From Candidatus Eiseniibacteriota bacterium (GTDB lineage: Bacteria > Eisenbacteria > RBG-16-71-46 > SZUA-252): 14,415 nucleotides of DNA. Each line of letters starts with the position of its first letter. Positions within the stretch are counted from its first letter, which is position 1. The stretch is taken from NCBI GenBank assembly GCA_031370645.1, contig JANMQV010000210.1:1-14415 (forward strand). The letters run 5' to 3'. The notes below the pieces were generated by a model. That model worked only from the letters and a program-made list of their open reading frames with translations, was not told the DNA's origin and searched no databases. Positions 14,132 to 14,415 of this stretch are shown piece after piece. Made by a program: the position numbers and the translations under genes.

Positions 14132-14415
14132 CGCCCGACGCCCCGTCCGCGGCCGCTCCCCCACCCGCGCCGGATTCAGCTCCTTCGTCGAATCCGCTTC
14201 GGGAAGGGAGCGTGACGCTTCGCGCGGCCGACCCCTGCACGGTCGTGGTGTTCGGCGCGAGCGGCGACCTCACCCACCGGAAGCTCCTCCCCGCCCTGTT
14301 CGCGCTCTCTCGTGAAAAACTCTTTCACCCGAAGAGCGCCGTGGTCGGCTTCGCCCGGCGCCCGCTCTCGGACCAAGAGTTCCGCGACTCCTTACGCCCC
14401 GCCGATCCGGCTGCC
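14128..14415 (+). CDS. zwf: Glucose-6-phosphate 1-dehydrogenase, 5' part truncated by the window edge
   Basis: Not in the ORF track. GTG 14128 overlaps the gnd stop (GTGA) and reads MTPDAPSAAAPPPAPDSAPSSNPLREG...CTVVVFGASGDLTHRKLLPALF...VVGFARR, the G6PD GxxGDL..RKL.PAL motif. Confidence 0.92.
   Translation, partial: MTPDAPSAAAPPPAPDSAPSSNPLREGSVTLRAADPCTVVVFGASGDLTHRKLLPALFALSREKLFHPKSAVVGFARRPLSDQEFRDSLRPADPAA

Noticed and set aside
1-14415. Sec machinery (selA/selB/selD/tRNA-Sec), CRISPR arrays, IS elements, rRNA/tRNA
   Set aside because: None recognisable. All long stretches are accounted for by other genes, so Sec machinery would have to be elsewhere in the genome.

Overview
GC-rich, densely coding bacterial window with no rRNA, tRNA, CRISPR array or mobile element visible. 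Gene order: the 5' end of a probable hemolysin/CNNM-family gene (-); a thioredoxin-NHL-repeat protein of the NHLRC2/SOQ1 type (-); a divergent + strand run of stand-alone ribA, an exported triple-YHS-repeat protein, a nucleotidyltransferase-domain protein and a secreted M3 oligopeptidase; a hemerythrin-like protein (-); and a pentose-phosphate cluster (rpiB, pgi, tal, gnd, start of zwf). That cluster is interrupted by a probable outer-membrane protein, an M48-fold lipoprotein lacking its catalytic Glu, and a VOC protein with a histone-H1-like tail. The main finding is that ORFs 2926..3165 and 3187..3543 are in one frame, separated only by a TGA at 3163-3165. The TGA lies in a YHS/TRASH-type F-C-U-x-x-C motif and is followed by a bacterial SECIS-like hairpin. 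This indicates a single 205-aa secreted selenoprotein translationally coupled to ribA. All family assignments come from motif recognition by eye; no searches were run.
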